Shown one piece after another: positions 12,944 through 26,126 of a DNA stretch of 64,000 bases; the first letter of the stretch is position 1, and every line of letters begins with the position of its first letter. The notes under the pieces are model-generated. The model worked only from the letters and a program-made list of their open reading frames with translations. It was not told the DNA's origin and made no database searches. Both the position numbers and the translations under genes were made by a program. The stretch covers positions 62,001-126,000 of the forward strand of contig NW_026250448.1 of assembly GCF_024521635.1 (NCBI RefSeq), in the 5' to 3' direction. The DNA comes from Tricharina praecox (taxonomy: Eukaryota).

Positions 12944-13894
12944 TGAGCAGTAGCTAACTAGAACGCTAGCCTTTTCATTCTCCTCATTTTCTGCGCCCTC
13001 GGCTACGGAATATAAGAGCTATCAGAACGTAGGCTTCGATCGCGCCAAGTGGTACGTGTGCGCATCTACATCTTACTACCACTATTGGAGACCGCCGGTA
13101 GTTGTTCGGTACGATGATACAGGAAGACCAATGGGTATTCTGGATCCGTTGCCCAATTGAAGGTTCTAAACTAATCGCCGATCGAAGGGATACAACGAAT
13201 AGTTTTAGCGACCGAATGCAAATCTGCGAAAGCCTAGGCTTACAAGTCGCGTCACGATGCAGTTCATCCTTAAGAATGGAACTGAAACCTTGTGTCGTCG
13301 AAGAGGATGTCTTATGTCACCATGAAATTAGCTGGCACTACCTCTCCGTGACGCATCATGAGCACGCAACTACTCAGATCGTGTCGTGCGGGGTAGTCTG
13401 CAAGGCTCTGCGCTAGCTAGCTACGAAGTGGGGGTAAATTCCCCGCATATCCCTTGCCTGCAGGCGTTCTACCAATAGTGGGAAGCATGACTTCTGTACC
13501 GGAGTTCGGCTTCGGGGAAACCTGGACTTGCCTATGCAGACGTGTAACTGGAGTGCAACTTCTCGTTTTACACGAAATTGGCCATTCGACGTCTCGGCCA
13601 CTACTATCAAACAGAGCAATCAATACTAAATGAGACCATTGACGTGTCCTCCGCCGAAGCCCCATGGACCAACGCCTTACGAAGTGTGCTTCAATACCTG
13701 ACTGGTTGGAGATGAGCGACTCTGTCTCATACGATGCACATGAGGCTCGCATGTAAAGTGTAAGGGGTTTTTTCCTTTTCCCCCTATCGTTTACTTAGGA
13801 CAACACCACTCACAACGTCATAGTAAAGGCGGGGTATACCTAATGAGCGTCGAGCGGAGCCTCATATGAGACCTGGACACAGGTCCGACAACTG

Positions 13895-13906
13895 TACTTA
13901 AGTGGG
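13895..13906 (+). promoter_or_regulatory. TACTTAAGTGGG core-promoter-like motif of vWA1
   Basis: About 142 bp upstream of ATG 14037; recurs upstream of the paralogs. Confidence 0.6.
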
Positions 13907-14036
13907 ATCTGGCGGCAACTTGTTGTCGGGAGAATCGAACGAACTCATAGCCATCACCACGCCCAAGCGTATCCCACTTCTTCGAACTCATTTCACCCCA
14001 CTGGCTACAAGCGCAGATACCCACGAGCAGGCACAC

Positions 14037-15422
14037 ATGCCGACGCAATCCGAGACGGCTTCGATGGCCGAGATCTCCAGCGGGCCAGGAAACCCCCCAG
14101 CACCGCCGGTTCTACCCCTGACGGGCGAAATTCCGCCGCCGTCCCAGTCGGACGCGCCGAAATATGACCCGACGGTCAAGGCAGGATCCGCGGAGGAAAG
14201 ATGCAAATATACTCTCAATCAATTCGTCGACAGCAAACCAGGGTTGCGCGAATTCTTCCCGGACAAAATATTCGCCGGTTATGCGGCCAGAGCTGCGAGA
14301 CTGGTCGACGAGATAATCAAGCTGAAGTGTCCCAAAGAAACGGCGCAACAGTTCGCAATTTTGGTTCTGTATGATCTGGCTCTTTTGATTGGTGAGTGAG
14401 ATCGCAACACATTCCCTGGGAAACGGACTAACCGGCGGTCCCAATTCAGACGACAGTAGCTCCATGTACACCGACGACGACGGCGCGCGGGTGAAAACAT
14501 TACACACACTGTTAAAAGCGGTCGCGGAGGTCTACGAGCTTGCCCGCGAAGAGGGAATCATGTCCGTCCGATATCTCAATGGCCGACAGGGCCGGAAAAA
14601 CGTCACTAAGGCCAAGGTTGACGAGGTACACAAAGCAATTCGATACCATGGCCTCACCATGATCGGTACACAACTGCAGGAAAAGATCTTGAAACCATTC
14701 GTCGAGAAAAAAGTGATGACCAAGCCTTTACTGACGATGATTATAACCGACGGCGCTGTAAGCTCGTCCTTCTCTTCCCGGGACTGTACTGACAGGGTTT
14801 CAAGATCGAGGGTGAGAGTTCGGGGGTTCTGGAGAAAAATATCTACAATTGCCTTACTAGTCTACAAAGCGGCCCTAAGCCGAAGACGGAGGACGGTCAG
14901 TACTGCAATGATACCAAATCGTGAGCTTAATTTCTGACCTCGTTAGCTGTTGCGTTCATGTTCGCAAGAATCGGAGATGATCCAGGTGCTAAGGAGCTCA
15001 TAGAGAGCCTCGATAATCACAAGGATATGGACCAGTGGATTGACTGTCTACCCGGTAGGATCAGTTGGATTCGCTTCCAAATCTCTGCTAACTAGGGGAT
15101 TAGTGAACGAAAAAATAGAAGATGTCGGCAACGGTTCTGCCGAGCACTGGTCGGTGGTATGCATCTCTCATCCTCCCAGTTTCCAGTGTCATCCGACTAA
15201 CACTTGCCATCACCAGCTAAGAAAGCTTTTTCTCGGAGCTCTGGATGCAGACGTATGTCACATTATGATCTTAAAATGCTGGGAATTCATCTGACTGTGG
15301 ACTAGATTGACCGATTCGACGTCGTACAAGCCGAAACTCCCATAGACACCAGTGAAAAGGTGCTGAAGCTCAAAGATCATCATAAAGTACGGCCCCTTGG
15401 CGAAGAGGAAGAAGATGTGTAA
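14037..15422 (+). CDS. vWA-domain protein vWA1 (RfeF-like), 7 exons
   Basis: Exons 14037-14391, 14450-14757, 14805-14895, 14947-15054, 15104-15156, 15217-15252, 15306-15422 splice in frame. MIDAS DDSSS..GLTMIGT..ITDG; AVAFMFARIG; LRKLFLGALD. Alternative start at 14064. Confidence 0.88.
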
Positions 15423-16056
15423 ATATTCGGTGGAAGCAAAGGACAGATTTGGGAACCCTGTATTCGTTGGGGGAATACCGGGTGTGCGACTGGATCGCCG
15501 TGGGTGCGCTAGTTCCAAACAATACGTTTTATTGGAGTTGTTTGTCGGTCTGCGAAATGTAATTTCAAGTTTCTACGAGTGAATGTGTCTGGAATTGAGT
15601 GCGCCGGAAGGTCTGATGCATGGACGTGGTTGCCCCAAAGGGCCACCAGTGCTCACTGCTCAGAGATGGCGGATAAAGTAGACTTAATTATAACCTGTCA
15701 CTATTGGAACCGGCTTACCGTCCATCGCTGCGGAATTTCCTGTGCGGCCATACTCCTGTCGCCATCGCCTCTGGGTTCAGTCTCCAGCCTCCAGGCAAAT
15801 GCACCAGCAAAAATTGGATGGTTGCGGCCGACAAGTCAAAAGTGCCGCGATGCCCGCACCCAATGCTTTGTGCCAGCGAGTACCGTACATACAGCATTCC
15901 TGCAGAGCTACTATGGAGGCACGCATGAACAAGTAGTAGAAGGACTGTACATAGTATTACGCAGAAACCTTGACTCGCACCCTACACAGTTTGGCGGCGC
16001 AGATCGCAAGGTAGTTAGTTGGAGGAGCATATGTGCGCAGGATGGATGGAGGATCT

Positions 16057-16240
16057 GATAAGATAGGCGGAGGAGAGACTAGTCGTTGAGCCGAATGGTG
16101 GTCTCAGCTAGACTAGCCGGATGGGGCGACACCAAACGTTGTAGGCAGCGGAGGAGAGCCAGATAGGATGGCTCTTCAAAGTTCAATACAACCTCAACTT
16201 CTTCATCATCTACCTTCAACTTCTAGGGTTACGTCACCAT
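16057..16240 (+). repeat. Dispersed repeat family R2, copy 3
   Basis: gataagatag..ctagccggat..ccaaacgttgtagg..gatggctcttcaaagtt..acaacctcaacttct..ttacgtcacc. Confidence 0.65.
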
Positions 16241-16751
16241 ATCGGACGCCCCCCCCCACGATACCAGGTTTACGAGCGAGCAAGCGCAGCGTTAGCTGTG
16301 GGCACTAGGAATTCATCCACGTCGGGTGCGCAACAAACGATGAATGCGAGTCCCATGGATGCGGTGCGGTGTGCCAGGGTTCCCTCAGATCTCCCCCACT
16401 CGTTCGCAGAGTACATCCCTGAGGAAACAGCAGGGAAGGGTCCGCAGGGAAAGGCGGGGTACCACACTTCTTTGCCCGAATTGAGCCGCATACACTGCGA
16501 CACTGCTCCTGCGCGATTAGTGTTCGCTGGTGAGATAGGGCTGTTGTCTCTAGTTGGTACTTAACCCGTCGTTGCGGGACTTTTCGGCCCCCTGCCGGGT
16601 GCTCGTACACAGTACATACACGATCGCGAGAATCTTCAACTTCAACTCAAGACCAACTCGCGTGCAAAACCCTCCCTCCGCCGCCGTTGGAGTTAGCACG
16701 ACAACAAAACTGCAGAACGGAACACGACCACCACCCGTACCGGAGGCAACG

Positions 16752-18042
16752 ATGAGCACTACGGTGAGAGAGGGGCGATGCAAGAAACTTCTCCGACACT
16801 ACATCAAGACCGAAAAAGAGGGGTTAAGCACATTCTTTCCGGACGACTCGCTTGATGGGTACGCGGCTCGAGGCGATGCCATGATTAAGTCGCTGGTTGA
16901 GATTGGCTGCTCTCGGGAACGGGCGGAACAATTTTCGGTTCTCGTGCTCTTCGATCTGGTGATCCTGCTCGGTGAGTCGTGATGTCCGGGCCCGAACTGG
17001 TCCGTTGGTGAAAGTCCTAATTATTGAGTTGGGATTAGACGACAGTGGGTCGATGGAGTTGGCGGACGAGGGTAGGCGGAAATCGACGCTCCTGGAGGTC
17101 CTGAAGGCCGTCACCGATATCTACCAGCTGGCGCGCGACAAGGGCATCGTCTCCGTCCGGTTCTTCAACACCCGCAACGAATGGCAGGACGTCACGCGAG
17201 ACAAGGTCGAGGAGCTACACGCTGCCATCGAGTACTACGGCGTTACCATGATCGGCACACAGCTGCAGCAGAAGATCTTGAAACCGTTTGTCGAGGGCAA
17301 GAAGATGGAGAGGCCTCTATTGACCATGGTCATTACCGACGGCAATGTAAGCCTATTGTGTTCCGTTATGGACCGTGCCGCTGACGGCCGCGCACTCAGA
17401 TCGAGGGCGAGAAGAGAGGGCTGCTGAGGAAGAACATCCGGAATTGCATCACCAAGCTGCAGGCCGCATCCGAGAAAACTCACCACGGTCAGTAATACCA
17501 CGATGCCGCAACCTGGGCTGGACTGCATATCTGACCTACTCTTCAGCCGTCGCGTTCTACTTCGCACGCATTGGGCACGATCAAGGTGCAAAAGAGCTCA
17601 TAGAGGAGCTCGACAACGACACGGAACTGGGTTCATGGATCGATTGTTTACCAGGTATGTCGAATCGATCAATGATTATTGAGCTTCGTCACTGCTGACA
17701 TGTTCTGCGATCGAGTAACTTCGCGACTGGAAGACATCGGCAACAGGAGCCATCCCGATCACTGGGATGTGGTACGTATCTCCATTTCGGACTCCGAGTC
17801 CCACGCGGCATCGAGCTAACGATTCCCATCAGCTCCGGAAACTTCTGCTTGGTGCTCTATACAGGGATGTAGGCACCCCCCCTCCATGCGGTATCATTCT
17901 TGGAAAGCTGGGCGGATATTTATCTGACGGAGTGTACCAGATTGATAACATAGACGATTACGATAATGAAGTCGACACCGATGCACCGCAGATGTCACTG
18001 CAGGTACCAGCAGTGCCTACAGAGGAATCCGACCAAGAATAG
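16752..18042 (+). CDS. vWA-domain protein vWA2, 7 exons
   Basis: Exons 16752-16971, 17039-17346, 17400-17487, 17547-17654, 17716-17771, 17833-17868, 17941-18042. DDSGSM..GVTMIGT..ITDG; intron positions match vWA1. Confidence 0.88.
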
Positions 18043-18267
18043 TCGGAGGTGTCTGTGCGGAATGTATCCGACTGTCACTGGCAAAGTGGTGGGAGAGTAC
18101 CTCGATTTTTCATGTTGGAGCGTGTCATTGCGGCTTTTTGTCCGAAGGAAAGGATTAAATCTTGCAAGTAAACTGTTGAGACGAAAAGCAACAGGAAACG
18201 TGATGTCCGAAGGTGCCCACACTGTATGTATTCGAGTTGTGCCGGATCGATGTTTGGTTGCTCGGTC

Positions 18268-18614
18268 AAGAGCTACCACATAGACCAGACCGGTCGGCCG
18301 ACCGGTCTGGTCGGTCGGGATAAAATTAAGTAGACCCGACCGCGGCTTTATTTGGTCGGGATACATCCCGACCGACCCGACCTTACCAGGTGCGGTCGGC
18401 CTAGGTTGGCCGACGTCAGGTTAACTGTTGATTCTATCAGCCGCACGATTTTTCTTCGGTTTTTGGCGGTCGTTAAAGCATTTTCGACGTTAAATGTTGT
18501 TTCTTAGCCAGACTTATCCCGACCCGACCCGACCTAAAATATTTGATCGGGACATATCCCGACCCGACCAGACCATGCCCAAGTTTGGTTGGGACTGGTG
18601 TATGTAGAACACTG
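18268..18614 (+). mobile_element. ~350-bp hAT-like MITE with one intact and one degenerate terminal inverted repeat
   Basis: Right end GGTGTATGTAGAACACTG; left end degenerate (..CCACATAGACC); perfect 30-bp palindrome GACCAGACCGGTCGGCCGACCGGTCTGGTC at 18283-18312; homologous to 11641-11808 and 26005-26126. Confidence 0.7.
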
Positions 18615-19267
18615 TATTCAGTGCGAGACGGATTGTAGTCTGGTCAATGCGATCCTGATACACCGCTTACGAATATGGGATCATGAGTCGAATTGCGTTG
18701 CGGTGCGGGGGTATTAAATGTCCTTCCTGCAAACATTAATACTGGACTACTTATGTAGACAGTAGCACAGTGCATACATACCACCGATACTATCGACTGG
18801 ACTCCAACGATCAAATTCCAGTCACTTCGATGCCGCAGCGATGCACCGGTGCACCGATGCACTGATGTAATGACGTAATGCCCTCTCCTCGAGTTGGTTG
18901 CACACCTCCGAGTCGAAGCCAATCACCCGCAGTCCACGGCAATGAGGGCTGCGGACTGCGGTCTACGGGCTGTGCTTCGGAATACTAGTAATTATTACAA
19001 TTGGATGATGAATTGCGATACATCCCGAGTACTATAGACTCTGCAGTGATTGAATTGCTTTTTCTCCCCCACTCGTGCGCTCAAGAGTCAAGAGTCAAGA
19101 CATGACCGACCACAGAGCCATTGTACGGCCGCGTAAACGCTGCGGCACTGCGCGCAGCTGACGAGTTTTGGGCTGGGCGCGTTTTCAAATCTCACGGCTT
19201 CTAGAATCGAGACGAGTGCGACAGTACGTAATCGCCTACTGGGTGGGACGGTGGGATGAATATACGA

Positions 19268-19279
19268 TACTTAAGTGGG
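19268..19279 (+). promoter_or_regulatory. TACTTAAGTGGG motif of vWA3
   Basis: 125 bp upstream of ATG 19393. Confidence 0.6.
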
Positions 19280-19392
19280 CGTTTAGATCTTCCGCTGCTC
19301 GCAAGAATTCAAGATCGAAATTTCCGCATCCTCTCTCCGCCGCGCAATTCTCAGCATTCCCGCACATACGGTAGACTACCCCGCCATCATCG

Positions 19393-20781
19393 ATGTCGAG
19401 CTCATCACGCTCCACCAATGCGAACACGTACACGCGCACATTCGGGCTACCGCCAGCAGAGCGATACGCGGCGAAGCTCCACTCGTTCATCAAGCGGGAA
19501 AATAAATCCGGGTTGAGAATACTCATTCCGGAGGCCAAAGTCCCCAAGTTCGGGCGCTATGGGGGGAAGGGCGCGGAGATGGTCGAGAACCTAGTTGCCG
19601 CGAGTTGCACAAGGGAACTCGCCGAACAGTTCGCTGTGTTGGTTTTGTATGATCTGGTTATACTCGTAGGTGAGTGGAGGTAGTGTTGTGAATCTTTGTG
19701 GCAAGGATGGGGATGACGGGCTGATCCGTCTCCGCTAGATGATAGTAGCTCGATGGAATACGGACAGGATCAGGAGCGGAGAGCGGCGCTGTCGAACGTC
19801 TTAACCGCCGTCGCGAAGGTCTATGAGCTGGCGCGCGATGAAGGAATCGTGGCGGTTAGGTTCCTGAATACGCAGGTGGTAGAAAAAGATATCCGATCGG
19901 CGGATGTTGCAGAGGTGCTCGAGTACCTCGAGTACAACGGCGTTACCATGATTGGTACACAGCTACAGGAAAAAGTCTTGCGCCCGTTCGTCGAGTACCC
20001 AAGGATACCCATGACCAAACCGGTACTGACTATCGTCATCACCGAGGGCAGTGTGAGCACCCCCGAAATCTAGACTCCAGTGCGTTTGGCCACACAGTTT
20101 TCTGACAGTGTGGAAAGATTGAGGGCGAGAAAGATGGGCTGCTGAGGAGAACCATCAGCGATTGTCATGCGAGATTGAAAGCCGATCGCAACAAGACTGT
20201 CGACGGTAAGTCCAATCTCGCGGAACCCTAATGAGCCGCAGCTCTCCTTGCTAACCCCGCGCGCTTCAATAGCCGCTGCTTTCATGTTCGCACGTCTCGG
20301 AACGGATCCGGGTGCCAGGAAGCTCCTCGAGGATCTGGACAACGACAAAAATCTGAGCCGCTGGATTGACTGCCTACCGGGTGAGTCGAGAAGGGTACCT
20401 TCGTTTTGAAAGTTTGCACAGCTGACTCGGCATTCAAGTTGACTCTCGTTTGGAAGCTATCTGTAGCCAAGGAACGGCACGCTGGGGTGTGGTATGTATA
20501 CGTCTCAACAAACTCTACTGTAAAGTAATGCTAATCACGTCTGCTAGCTACGGAAGCTCATGCTTGGAGCTCTATACGAATCAGTAGGTTCTCCATATGC
20601 TTTCAAGTACCAAAACTGACCGCAGGTCCGCAACCAGATTGACAAGATGGATGAAGACTCTGAGATTGAGGACACGCTCTTACCATTCAAGCCGGATAAA
20701 TCGAGGTTCAACGGTGAATCGCCGGACTCCTTCAGTTCTGGCTCCGACGAAGATGAATCCGATGACGATGAAGAGAGATAG
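19393..20781 (+). CDS. vWA-domain protein vWA3, 7 exons
   Basis: Exons 19393-19669, 19739-20052, 20118-20205, 20273-20380, 20439-20491, 20548-20583, 20638-20781. DDSSSM..GVTMIGT..ITEG (last MIDAS Asp replaced by Glu); acidic tail. Confidence 0.88.
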
Positions 20782-21015
20782 TTTGAATACAACAGGCACA
20801 CGCAAAGTAAGGTGGGATCTAGGATTAGGCCGTGATCAGTGTGGGGTCGTGAGGAAAGCCCGACGAGATTTCTTTCCCGGCAGTAACAACGGCAGTGGCA
20901 GTCAAGCCATACATATCCGCTCACGCCAACTGAATATAACCGCTGTCGCGCGCGTATTTACGAACTTTGATGCCGGCGGGCGTGCGGGCATCGCGTTCAT
21001 CTCCTGAGAACGGCC

Positions 21016-21038
21016 GGGGGGGGGGGGGGGGGGGGGGG
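21016..21038. repeat. poly-G tract (G23)
   Basis: Direct reading. Confidence 0.95.
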
Positions 21039-21225
21039 TAGTGAAAATTCGGTCATAGTAGCGCTTCTACGTAGAGTACACCACAATACCGTTGGCGACG
21101 AAAGAATAGAGAACGGCTAAGTACTTACTTATTTATACTATAGCGAGCTTGAAAAAGGTGAATTGGATGCTGTGATGTATGTGCGTGATTGCCTTCGTCA
21201 GGACGATGATGGTTTCGAGAATCCG

Positions 21226-21510
21226 ATAAGATAAAGAAGGAGGAGCTAGTCGGATCAGTGGATCCGAGTGGTGGTGATGGCCGGACTAGCCGGATCGGGT
21301 GGCGCCAAACGTTGTAGGTAACGGGGGAGAGTCATATAAGATGGCTCTTCGAAGTTGAGTACAACCTTAACTTCTTCATCACCTTTCGCTTCCGCCGTCT
21401 TCCCTAACTCTTCTCCCTTCTTGGGTGTTCTCCTCCTCTCGACCCGCTTCTCGGCCTGGAGAGGCATTTGCGAAAGAAGTGCCGTAACTGTTAGACACAC
21501 ATCGTTGCGT
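21226..21510 (+). repeat. Dispersed repeat family R2, copy 4, plus an extension shared with ~52040-52110
   Basis: R2 core followed by 'ctctcgac(c/t)cgctt..ggc(c/g)tggagaggcatt(t/g)gcgaaaga', also seen near 52060-52105. Confidence 0.6.
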
Positions 21511-23468
21511 ATCCACAGTTTCAGTCTGCTTGACTTTGCGGTGACAGCGATGGTGGCAGTAACCGAGCAGCATCCAGAGAGGTTGCCAGGTAGTTAAGTC
21601 AAGTTTTCGTTTTTTTATTCAAACTTGACAGATGATGGCAGATATACAAGTACATAAGGGACCTATCCGTTTCCACTCGGCTGTCACCAACCGCTGGCTG
21701 CTCGATACCGGTTTTCTATTGCTCTCCACCCAGCCTCATCGTGAGACAAGGAAGATTGGCGGGAAAGAAAGCAGAAGAAGTGTTGAATGAAGATGGATAG
21801 ATGATCAATAATACTAACAATATAATCAGCAGAAGAGACATCTATCTATACAAGCTATCCAAATGTCCTGTCGGCACCGAGAGTCCTCCCGCGCCGGTAG
21901 TCTTCCTACCCGCTGGTGGTCTTCCCGCTAGCCGTTAGTCTTCCGGCTCTCCACTAGTCTTCCGCCAGCCGGCGGTCTTCCGACCTGGTTCTCTGGGCGC
22001 CTAGAATCTCACAAGAAGAAAGACAGCAAAAAGCCGAGCGCCGATAAGTATTCCAAGATATGATATTTTTTTCTCCACACGAGTGATGGTCTGTGAGTAT
22101 TCACTGCCATCTCCAGATTGACCGATCGCTCCCAGCTAAATGTGTCTTACCCAGATGCGCCACACATATGCTCGGGTTCCTTTTGAAAATGGATGGTCGC
22201 ACGTCTTTGCTCTTTTTCTGAGTTGAAGCTCCTCGTTCCTCGGAAAAAGAGATGAACCTCGAAAAAGAAAAGCCAACTATCCGCCTAGAATCCCCTAGCG
22301 CCTCGGCGGTCCATCATAGGGGGGGCTTGAACACCGGTCAGCCCCTCCCACCATGGAAAGAACCCAGCTTTGCCCTCGGACTCTCTGTAACTACCGATTT
22401 ACTATCAATCTAACCTACCCGGCGAACTAGTAAAGCTACATGTCAAGTTACAGCCGGGGACAATAGGAGAGTGCGATTATTGTCATGCCTCGTTCACATG
22501 ATTGGTACGCCGGAGGATCTAGGTTCTCTACGCAGCTCATGACTCCGGAGCTACTCCTCCACAATGTACTCTGCCGGCTCGATCGGCGATCGTCTGAAAT
22601 AAGGATGTGCCGCTGGTGACATCCGCTGTTGATTCCAGCCTTAGTAATCGATGGGATTCGCTAATAGGCGAGTTGTCTGAACCGTGTGGACAGTTAGTTA
22701 TCTCACACACAAGCTTCGATAAAAATAATACACAGGTGCTCCAGCCTCCTTGAGCAGACGTCAGCAGTCAATCAGAACAAAGATCACGCACTGCTATGGA
22801 GGTTTGAAGAGAGCTGAGCAGACATATGTATTCGCAGTCCGAACAGGCAGTGCATCCCGCCAATTCCCTCGTAGGCGTTCTGACAGGTATGTAGTTACAG
22901 TACAGTACGCCTCGCTACGACTACCCCAGCGGCGGATCACCGCTTAGCCCCATCTGCCCCCACCGCCACAGGCCTATGTATTCATGAAGGCGGTGAGTGT
23001 GTACCTTCCGAGACAATGGCCACAGCTGGACTCAATCACGTTTAATTCAAAATCGCCTGGAAAAATCCATGAGAAGCACGATGCCGGGACGTTTGTCCAT
23101 GTCATGGTGGACGATAAAGTCCGAGATTTGCCATTGTCTCGAGACCGTTCGTGGATTCGGCCTCGAATCTCGGTTTGGACTCACTCAGAGATGAACTTTC
23201 GCGATCCCGCATCATTGGATGCAGGCGGCCGACGCGAAACTTGCTTTTCCAGCCATGTCGAGCCTGGTGACTCAACTAGAAAGTCGAACCATCAAGCTGC
23301 AGGAAAAAAAAGGAGGTGGACTGAACAGACGGCGCGGTCTATCAGCTGCGGCTGAGCAACGCGTACCCGCCCCGAAACCGACAGAACGCGACCTCCCAAC
23401 GAGATGCATAAGTAATTCGACAGTCCTTTTTATTTTCGACATGACGTTCATCCATCATCCACCGCAAA

Positions 23469-25618
23469 ATGGCTGATCAACAACCGGGCCCCCAACCACC
23501 TCCCCCCGCGGCTGGCGCCACATCGTTTCGGAATCCCGATCTGCACCCTCTCGTAAAGATCGAAGGCGGCAAACCGGTTCGGTTCTATCATCGCTATTCG
23601 CCTATATTACCAACCGAGACGGACTGCGTGCGCCATGTCTATCTACTCCACCAACAGCCCGCCGACTCCGAAACTGATATAAACGCCAATTCGCTCGGCG
23701 AGCGTACTCCAGCGCCGGAGCCTGAGATCTTACCACCTGATAGGCAGACACCGGAGGACGTATACATCTCCAAGGATGAAGCTATTCTCGATTTGTTGGC
23801 TCCTGTGCACGTCCTGTATGTATTCCTGCCACCAAGGGCATGGAAGATGGCACGAAGTGGAGACTAATGAGACGGTAGAGAGTTCAGGACAAATGAAGGG
23901 ATGCAGCACGCGACACTTACCGATGGCATCAACCGGCTCCCATCCGAGATGGTACCCACAAAGCAGCTGGTAGACGACATCTCCGACGACGAGTCCCCAG
24001 CTCCAGTCCCTGGTCCTGGTTGGATTACGGGCAATGGAACCAGGCCTACCCTCTCCCTCCTCGCCATAAGAAATCCGCGGCGATTTCGTCTGATGGTATC
24101 AATTCCACACCTCACCTTCGGAGGCAATGTTGCGACAAACCCTACGCTCGAGGAGTACCGCAACAGTATCGCGGAGTTGAGGTCACACGCGTTTACACAT
24201 GTTGGCACGAGCGGAGATGCTCGGAATGGTCCAATCTTCGTCCATCGGTCGGAATTCATGGTGATAAACAGTGGTATGTGGAATTTACCTTCCCCCCGAT
24301 CACTACTTTGCTGACGCTGCGCTCGGTAGACATGATCGTGATGGCCCGTACGGCGAGTAACGAGCAGTCCAGTCCATTGCCATTCTTTCCATATCAACAT
24401 CGCGTGAGCGCACTGCACCTGCTCGTCCATATGATCGGCACGGCCCTGCAATTCTCGAGTGGAGATGTCCTCGACAACCTCCGGAGAACGTCATGGGACC
24501 TGGTACACATCACTCACAGCCACGCCCGAAACGCTGCCATCGCCGTTGCTAATAGAACCAAGAGCGATAGGGTCCACATCCACGTCTCGGAAGCGCCCTA
24601 CTACCAGGATGCCGTGGAGGCACTGGACGTAATGAAAGCACACTTGACGGCAGGTGAAAGGCTAGGCATCGAGCTCGCCTCATACATCTCCAACCTGTGT
24701 GCCATCCAACACCTTACTCAAGCACAACTGCAGGTCCTCGCGGATTTGGCAGAGATAATTAGTAACAACGCGCCGGACGTATACGACAAGGGTTACAACC
24801 AGAATATTATTCGGCTACCATTTGTGTTGCAGAAGGGCAAACATAATATCATTCTTATGGATGCAATCAAGATGGTGATTGGGGAGCGGAAGGAGTTTGA
24901 GGAGCAGGTTAAGTGGTTACTAGAGGTGGCGAAGCAGGCGCAGAAGTCTGTGAGTATCCCATCTAGTAGTCGGTCAGGAGATGGCAGTGATTGATGAGCC
25001 CCTGTACTAGCTGTTATGTGACCTCGAGGGACTTACGAATAGGTTACACGCAAGAATAACTCTCCAGATAACCGAGTGAGTGGATTTCTTGCTCTGTAGA
25101 GGTATTGCAGCCGCTGACCAGCATGTTAGAAAGAAATCCATTGTGATTCATCACGTTAAGGAGTTGTTGTCCAGCGGTGGCACTATTGCCCGAGATGATT
25201 CGAGAACTATTCAGGGTCACCTTGCGAATTTGTTTAAGACCCAAACCGAAGTCCAGGACACTACGAAGCGCCATGCTGAGGAGGCCAAGATGAACGCACG
25301 AACGATGTCGATGTTTACTTTGGTTACCACGATCTTTCTGCCTTTGACTTTCTTTACTTCGGTATGCAATCTGCCCGCTCCCCAGCACACTTGGGTAGTA
25401 CACGCTAACATGAGATCCAGTACTTTGCACTTAACCCGGGTGACAAAACTGTCAAGTCACATGCCGACTTTTGGAAAATTGCTACGGTACCGACGTTTGC
25501 GTTTGCGGCGACTACGTTGTACATAATCCTGCGCAAGAAGTATCACAGTGGTGAATACGACGATGATACTCGTTGGTTTGTACGGCTGCTGCAAAAGCTA
25601 CACAAAAGAAATCCCTGA
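23469..25618 (+). CDS. CorA-like C-terminal membrane protein, subfamily 1 copy B (multi-exon)
   Basis: MADQQPGP..VRHVYLLHQQP..RFRLMVSIPHLTFG..PFFPYQHRV..MSMFTLVTTIFLPLTFFTS|YFALNP..FWKIATVPTFAFAATTLYII..TGA at 25616-25618. Intron positions shared with copy A. Confidence 0.8.
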
Positions 25619-26004
25619 GCGATAGACTTGGAGGTATGATGACGGTTAACGATACTCGATAGTCCGGGCACTGGGTGGTCTTTATTTGATGGATGGTGAA
25701 TGATCTCTAGATTTAGAGGAATAATCCGAGAGAGTGCTATCCTGGAGAACGCCATCGTGAAGGGAGGAGATTGAGGCGAGGGCAGGGGAGGGGAGGGGGG
25801 AGGGGGCGTCGACTGTGGACATGGAGGGAAAGGAAGAAACGAAGAACGAGAGTAAAGAGGGAAAGAGTGGCCCCTTGATTACGGCCATATATCGGCGATA
25901 ACTGTATACTAGATAGTACGTCTAAAGAACAGTAATTTATAAAATAGTTATTTATTCTATTAGCCGAAAACATTTCCTTAGTTTCTAGCGGTTGTTAGAG
26001 AATT

Positions 26005-26126
26005 TACGACGTCGTATGTTGTTTATCAGCCAGACTTATCCCGACCTATGGATGGTCGGTCGGGATATATCTCGACCGACCCTACCATACCCAAATCTGG
26101 TCGGGACTGGTCTATGTAGAACACTG
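26005..26126 (+). mobile_element. hAT-like MITE right end (same family as 18268-18614)
   Basis: agccagacttatcccgacc..GGTCTATGTAGAACACTG matches 18506-18614. Confidence 0.65.
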
